A stretch of DNA of 64,000 bases from the human T2T-CHM13v2.0 reference genome, Homo sapiens. The stretch is from assembly GCF_009914755.1 (NCBI RefSeq), contig NC_060927.1. One strand, written 5' to 3'. The notes beneath the pieces were generated by a model. That model made no database searches. It had not been told where the DNA came from and saw only the letters and a program-made list of their open reading frames with translations. Each line of letters starts with the position of its first letter. Positions within the stretch are counted from its first letter, which is position 1. This document shows positions 58,078-64,000 of the stretch, in pieces. A program made the translations under genes and the position numbers.

Positions 58078-58249
58078 GTGATTGATTCTTCCTGAAAAGT
58101 TTTTCCTGAACTTTTAAAGTTGGTGGTATTATTTGGTGGTTTTTAATTTTCTTTTTGTAGATTAAAGTACGGTATCAAATTTGTGAATGAAAATTGCAAC
58201 ATGGTAATAATATAGCACAGTGTGCCCCATCAGAAACTTACTATAATTA

Positions 58250-58647
<398 letters not shown>

Positions 58648-59439
58648 AGAAACTTCCTATAATTAAGCCCACTATTTAATATATTTTCATTCCAAATTTT
58701 AGTTTCAGATTTTAAAGGAAATAAATACCACATTAGTGAATTTTATCTTTGCCGATTATTTTTCATAATAAAAGTAGCTTTATTTTTACATGTCATTTTG
58801 TACCTTTTAAAGTACTTTCACATGTTATTTTATCCTTTTTAAATTCTAAATTTGTGATTTACATAGTTGCACTGCTGGTTCTTGTTTTAGAATCTTACCG
58901 TTACTCAGTGTATTTGTGCATCTAAAGATCCTACAGCGCATTTTAAAGATCATTATAAAGACAGGAAATTGTACTAAACTGCGATAAACACAACATCTCA
59001 AGTAGTTTTCTCATTTTAATAACCTTTATCCTTATTCTTTTCTATTTTTGCCTAAAACTTTTATTAGATTCAGACTGCTAATGTCATTTCATTATATTGA
59101 ATTTATTAATCCTTTCCTTTTTAGCCATATACTCTTATTGTATAAATACAGAGCAAAATGAAAAGTGTGGGCATAGGATTTTTTATGGAAGGATAAAATT
59201 TGAGAGTTAAGCTAATTCCTGTTCTGGAATAGTCTCTATAATGTGCTGGATGGGAAGTTATCAGGTCTGATATTTTCTGTGTGCCTCTTAGATCAACTCC
59301 TTCCTCTTTCAGATAATTAATTCTTCATTTTGAAAACTTAATTCTCCTTCTAGTTTGTATACCGTTATTTTCCATAAATTTTCATAGCAATTTGATGATA
59401 ACTTCCTATACCATACATTTAAGGCTATAAAAAAAATTA

Positions 59440-60345
59440 CAGTATTTAAAACAGTTTAATTCTGTAATGATAACAGGCAGACCAGTGACTAGAATACATT
59501 CAAGCATCTGGAAATTTAGAATATAACAAAGGAGATATTTCAAATAAGTAGGAAAACAAATTATTTAGTAGAAAAAAAATGGATAAAACTGGTTAGTGAT
59601 TTGAAAAAAAAAAGAGAAGTTGAGTCTCTTTCTATTATTTGTAACAAAACAAATTCAAGATGGATTAGGATTTAAGTAACTTATAAAGACCCTAAAAAGT
59701 AATAGAAGAAAATTTAATGAATAATTCTGTTATTTGCGGTATGGAAGAATCTTTTGAGGACAACACCAAAGCAAGGAACTATAGTTAATTATAGGGAAAA
59801 GATCATGCAGAGGTAAAAGCTCCCAAAACAAATTTTAAAAACAAAGGACAAACTAGTAAAGAATATTTGTAAAATAGATGACAAAGTTGTAATAATCCTG
59901 GTATACAAAGTATTAACAAATTAATGAGAATAAGAAAAACGTTCCAGTAGAAATAATATGGAAGGATGTGAGCAATCGATTGTTATGAAAGGAGAAATCT
60001 AAAAAGAATACTAAATGTATGAAAAAAATGTTTAGTCTCTCTAACATTCCAAGGAATGGAAGTTAAAATTGCCTGTCAGATTGGCATCCATTATAAACAC
60101 TGATAAACCTGGAGTTGGTAAATGTATAGATTAACAAATGATCTTATACAATGTTAGTAGGAGCATAAATTGGTATACCCTGCATTATTACTCCAAACAA
60201 AATTTTAAAGTATGCCTATTGACATTGCAATTATGAATGCAGGAATTTCTTCTAGTAAAAAAAATTGAGCATGTTGATAAAGATGTACATTACAAGTATA
60301 CATTTGAAGCAGTGTCCATAATCTGTTAAGCAACAAAAGCAAGTT
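59440..60345 (+). mobile_element. ancient L1M (ME-like) ORF2/3' fragment
   Basis: Decayed A-rich L1 text (aaaacaaattcaagatggatta; gaatatttgtaaaata; gtaggagcataaattggta). Confidence 0.7.
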
Positions 60346-60349
60346 GTAA

Positions 60350-60679
<330 letters not shown>

Positions 60680-60769
60680 CATTTTTATACGTGTTTTTGT
60701 ATGTATGAAATACTTACACACACAGACATGAAATAAGCAGAAAGAAAATTTCTAAAAGAATGCAGACTA

Positions 60770-61103
<334 letters not shown>

Positions 61104-61852
61104 CTAGGGATTATGAATACAGGTTTTTTTCATCGCTTATACATTTTGGAACACTTTCATCCTTTTATGACAAAGTTTTAGTTTTGAAAAATAATTTTTT
61201 TAAGTTGCTTCTAGATTGAAAATAAAAACTTGGCAATGACTCTTCTTCTCTTTTGAAACCTTAAGGATTATTGTAACCATTAAAAAAGTATTCATATTTA
61301 TCAGAGGAAATGTTGCACTGATTTCAAATGATATTGCTTATTTTTAAAAATTTATTTATTTTAAATTCATATTTTCCTTTTAAAAAGTGCACTTTGACTT
61401 ATTCATGGAAGTGTTAAGCAAACAAATGACTCATTTTGCTAAACTCAAATGACTCAATTTGAATATTTTTTATATTCAGTGAAAATAGTGAAGTTAAGTA
61501 TTTTATAGCATTCTGTCCATCAGAAGTCTGTTACCCAGTACTTGTGCTTATTAGTGTAATAATTGATGTTCCTGCTAAATCCTTAACTTTCAATATTATT
61601 TTTTATATTGTATTTTATCTTTTTATATTCTAATTCTTTGGAAATTGGTGTTATGTGTCTGATAAATATCGTAGCCTTATATTAATTACATATTTAAGTA
61701 GAACAACCTTTTGGACATCTGCTATCTGCTGTATATTAGGATTTAATGTTCCTAAGTGCATGTTCAACTATTATAAATAATTAAGATATTTGCAGATTTA
61801 TCATGAAAATTACAGTTATCAGTGAACATGTCTTTTGTCCCTTTTATTATAG

Positions 61853-61998
61853 GAATCATGGGTAAAGAAGGAAGACAGGCTGCAAGAAACAGTGACTATG
61901 CAATAGCCAGATTTAAGTTCCTCTCCAAATTGCTTTTTGTTCATGGTCATTTTTATTATATTAGAATAGCTACCCTTGTACAGTATTTTTTTTATAAG
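61853..61998 (+). CDS. ATP11B: ATP11B coding exon (~22), 146 nt
   Basis: ttatag|...AAG|gtgagt; (G)[48 protein letters not shown]. Confidence 0.97.
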
Positions 61999-63050
61999 GT
62001 GAGTTTCATGTATTTAGAATCAATTATTGATATAGTAATATGAAGTTTCAATTTAAGGAATGTTATAACCTTATACATTTCTCTTTAAAATAGTTTCAAT
62101 AAGTAAAAATAACAGTATTTTGTCATAAATCTATTCTATACTGACAGAAAGCAAATCAGTGGTTGCCTGGGGCCCAGGGGTTCCATGCAAATTAGAACAT
62201 AGTACATTTGATATCTTTAAAGTTATTTTGTCCTGAACCAGCAATAAGTTTTAACACCAATATAATGGTTTTAAGTAGAGTTCTTAGCCTTTTTATGCCA
62301 TGAATGACCTTTTAGTAGTCTAGTGAAATGTGTGAGCTCCTCAATATGGAGCTTTTATATGCATAAAATGAAATACATAGGGTTACAAAGAAACAAATTA
62401 TGTTGAAATATTGTCCTATCTTTGGGTCCTTTGGTACAAGGTGGGAGTTTGCAGAACCCACATTAAGAGCCCCTGTTACCAATACATTTAATAACACCAG
62501 AGTGTACTATGTTGCATATATTTCTATAATTGATAACTACAATCCAGTGATAGAACACAAGTAGATTGCATATTGCTATAAGATGATGGCAGTTTTTTTC
62601 TAACTTATTTTTCTAGCTTTTACTTGTAATATGAGTATATTGAGATGGAAAGAAGTTTCGATAGTTTGATTTATTGTGTGTTTTAAACATTTTTGTGTTG
62701 TAAAGATATAGCCCTAAAGTTTGAGTAAATCTTACTTATTGTACTATATATGAAAAGTATTGAGTAATAGTTTGAAGGTTGTAAATTCAAAATTATAGTG
62801 TTGCTTGGCAGTGAGAGGAGTCAAGGGTTTTTTCATTCTGATGTCTGCACTGTTGCTTAGAATGTTTTTAGACATTTTTTGATAAAATGGGAATCCTGCA
62901 TTCCTGTTATATATGGACAAGTCCTTATCCTTTACTTACCATACCAACTGAGATTGTTTTTGGACACTTTAACAGCCATTTTTTTTATTTTTTATTTTGT
63001 CTTTGAAACCTAAATATTTTAATTATTTTCCATTTAATCTTGTTTTTCAG

Positions 63051-63110
63051 AATGTGTGCTTTATCACACCCCAGTTTTTATATCAGTTCTACTGTTTGTT
63101 TTCTCAGCAA
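63051..63110 (+). CDS. ATP11B: ATP11B coding exon (~23), 60 nt, TM5; gene continues beyond the window
   Basis: tttcag|...CAA|gtaagt; NVCFITPQFLYQFYCLFSQQ. Confidence 0.95.
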
Positions 63111-64000
63111 GTAAGTAAATAGAAACTTGTGTTTTGTGTTTTGTCCTTTTAGAGTAACGTATGTATGTTCAGATTTTGATAGACGTTTGAAGGGACTTTT
63201 TTCATTTTTCTTAGTCCTGCAGGGAACCAGACAGAACTTTTCTGTTTAGTATATTTAACCAGCATGACATTCAGAATATTTATTTATTCTGGTTTTCAGT
63301 TTGAGGTGAGTGTTAATACCAAAATGTAATTCTGGATGCTTTTAAAAATAGATAATAACCCTTAACAGCTTATGAGAGAATTTTGATAACTTATTTGTGA
63401 TATTTCTGTAAAATCCAAATCAAGCCAGGCCAGATAACTTGGAGGTTCACCTCATTTTTATTTTTGATTCGAAATGTCTTAGGTTTGGAAGGAGCAGTAG
63501 TGATTTAGTCCAGGGATGGCATATAGGTTTTATCTCAGAAGCTACCTTTAAATAATTGATGGGGCACCTAGAGTATATTGAAAAGGTTTCTAAAGCTGCA
63601 GGCTCAGAGGGAAAATGTAATTTGTTAGCAATAGTTGTAATGGGCACAAGGTGGGTCTTTGTTTGCATGCATGTCACATATTTACCAGTCCTGATCTACT
63701 TTGTTTTAATTTCTAGAAAAGAAAAATGAAATCCACATAAATTAAGTAACTTGCCTTGCTAACTTAATGACTAAACCATAACTTTGACCTACTGCTTCTG
63801 ACTAATGTGGCAGGCACCCTTTTTACATACCATACTATACATCTCAAATTGATCAAGACACTAGTTCTAATTTATTGAAAAAACAAGAGCTTAATTATCT
63901 TAACTTTTTCATGAGTTTTTCCTATTCTTAATTGCTGTTTTATCCTGTTTACAACCTGTAACTCTAAATTCCAAATATTTGCTTGGGCATTGATTACCGG

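Overview
Human (primate) intron-exon genomic DNA from the middle of a P4-type ATPase phospholipid flippase gene on the + strand, recognised as ATP11B. Twenty-one GT-AG coding exons can be read between 5223 and 63110. They total 2571 nt (857 codons), splice in one continuous frame and probably correspond to exons 3-23; the numbering is inferred. They carry the DGET, PISL, DKTGT, KGA, TGD and GDGAND motifs. The introns are AT-rich and full of transposon fossils: about 28 Alus including an AluYa5, plus L1, L2, MIR, Tigger2-, MER82- and MER58/Cheshire-type DNA transposons and MER21/MST LTRs. Apart from a few ORFs overlapping ATP11B exons, the ORF track is repeat-derived or chance. I found no convincing new gene system. 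The most unusual features are: (1) an ERV (MER21-like) fragment that appears to have been inserted by L1 machinery, with a 15-bp TSD and a tail, and that carries a templated 70-bp insertion plus an inverted duplication; (2) an orphan retroposed 0.8-kb segment with a perfect 16-bp TSD; (3) two near-perfect hairpins, one with an Alu inserted at its apex; (4) a 3x54-bp tandem repeat inside an Alu; (5) a 3x18-bp coding repeat in the ATP11B N-domain. Repeat subfamily names are from memory of consensus sequences and repeat boundaries are approximate.
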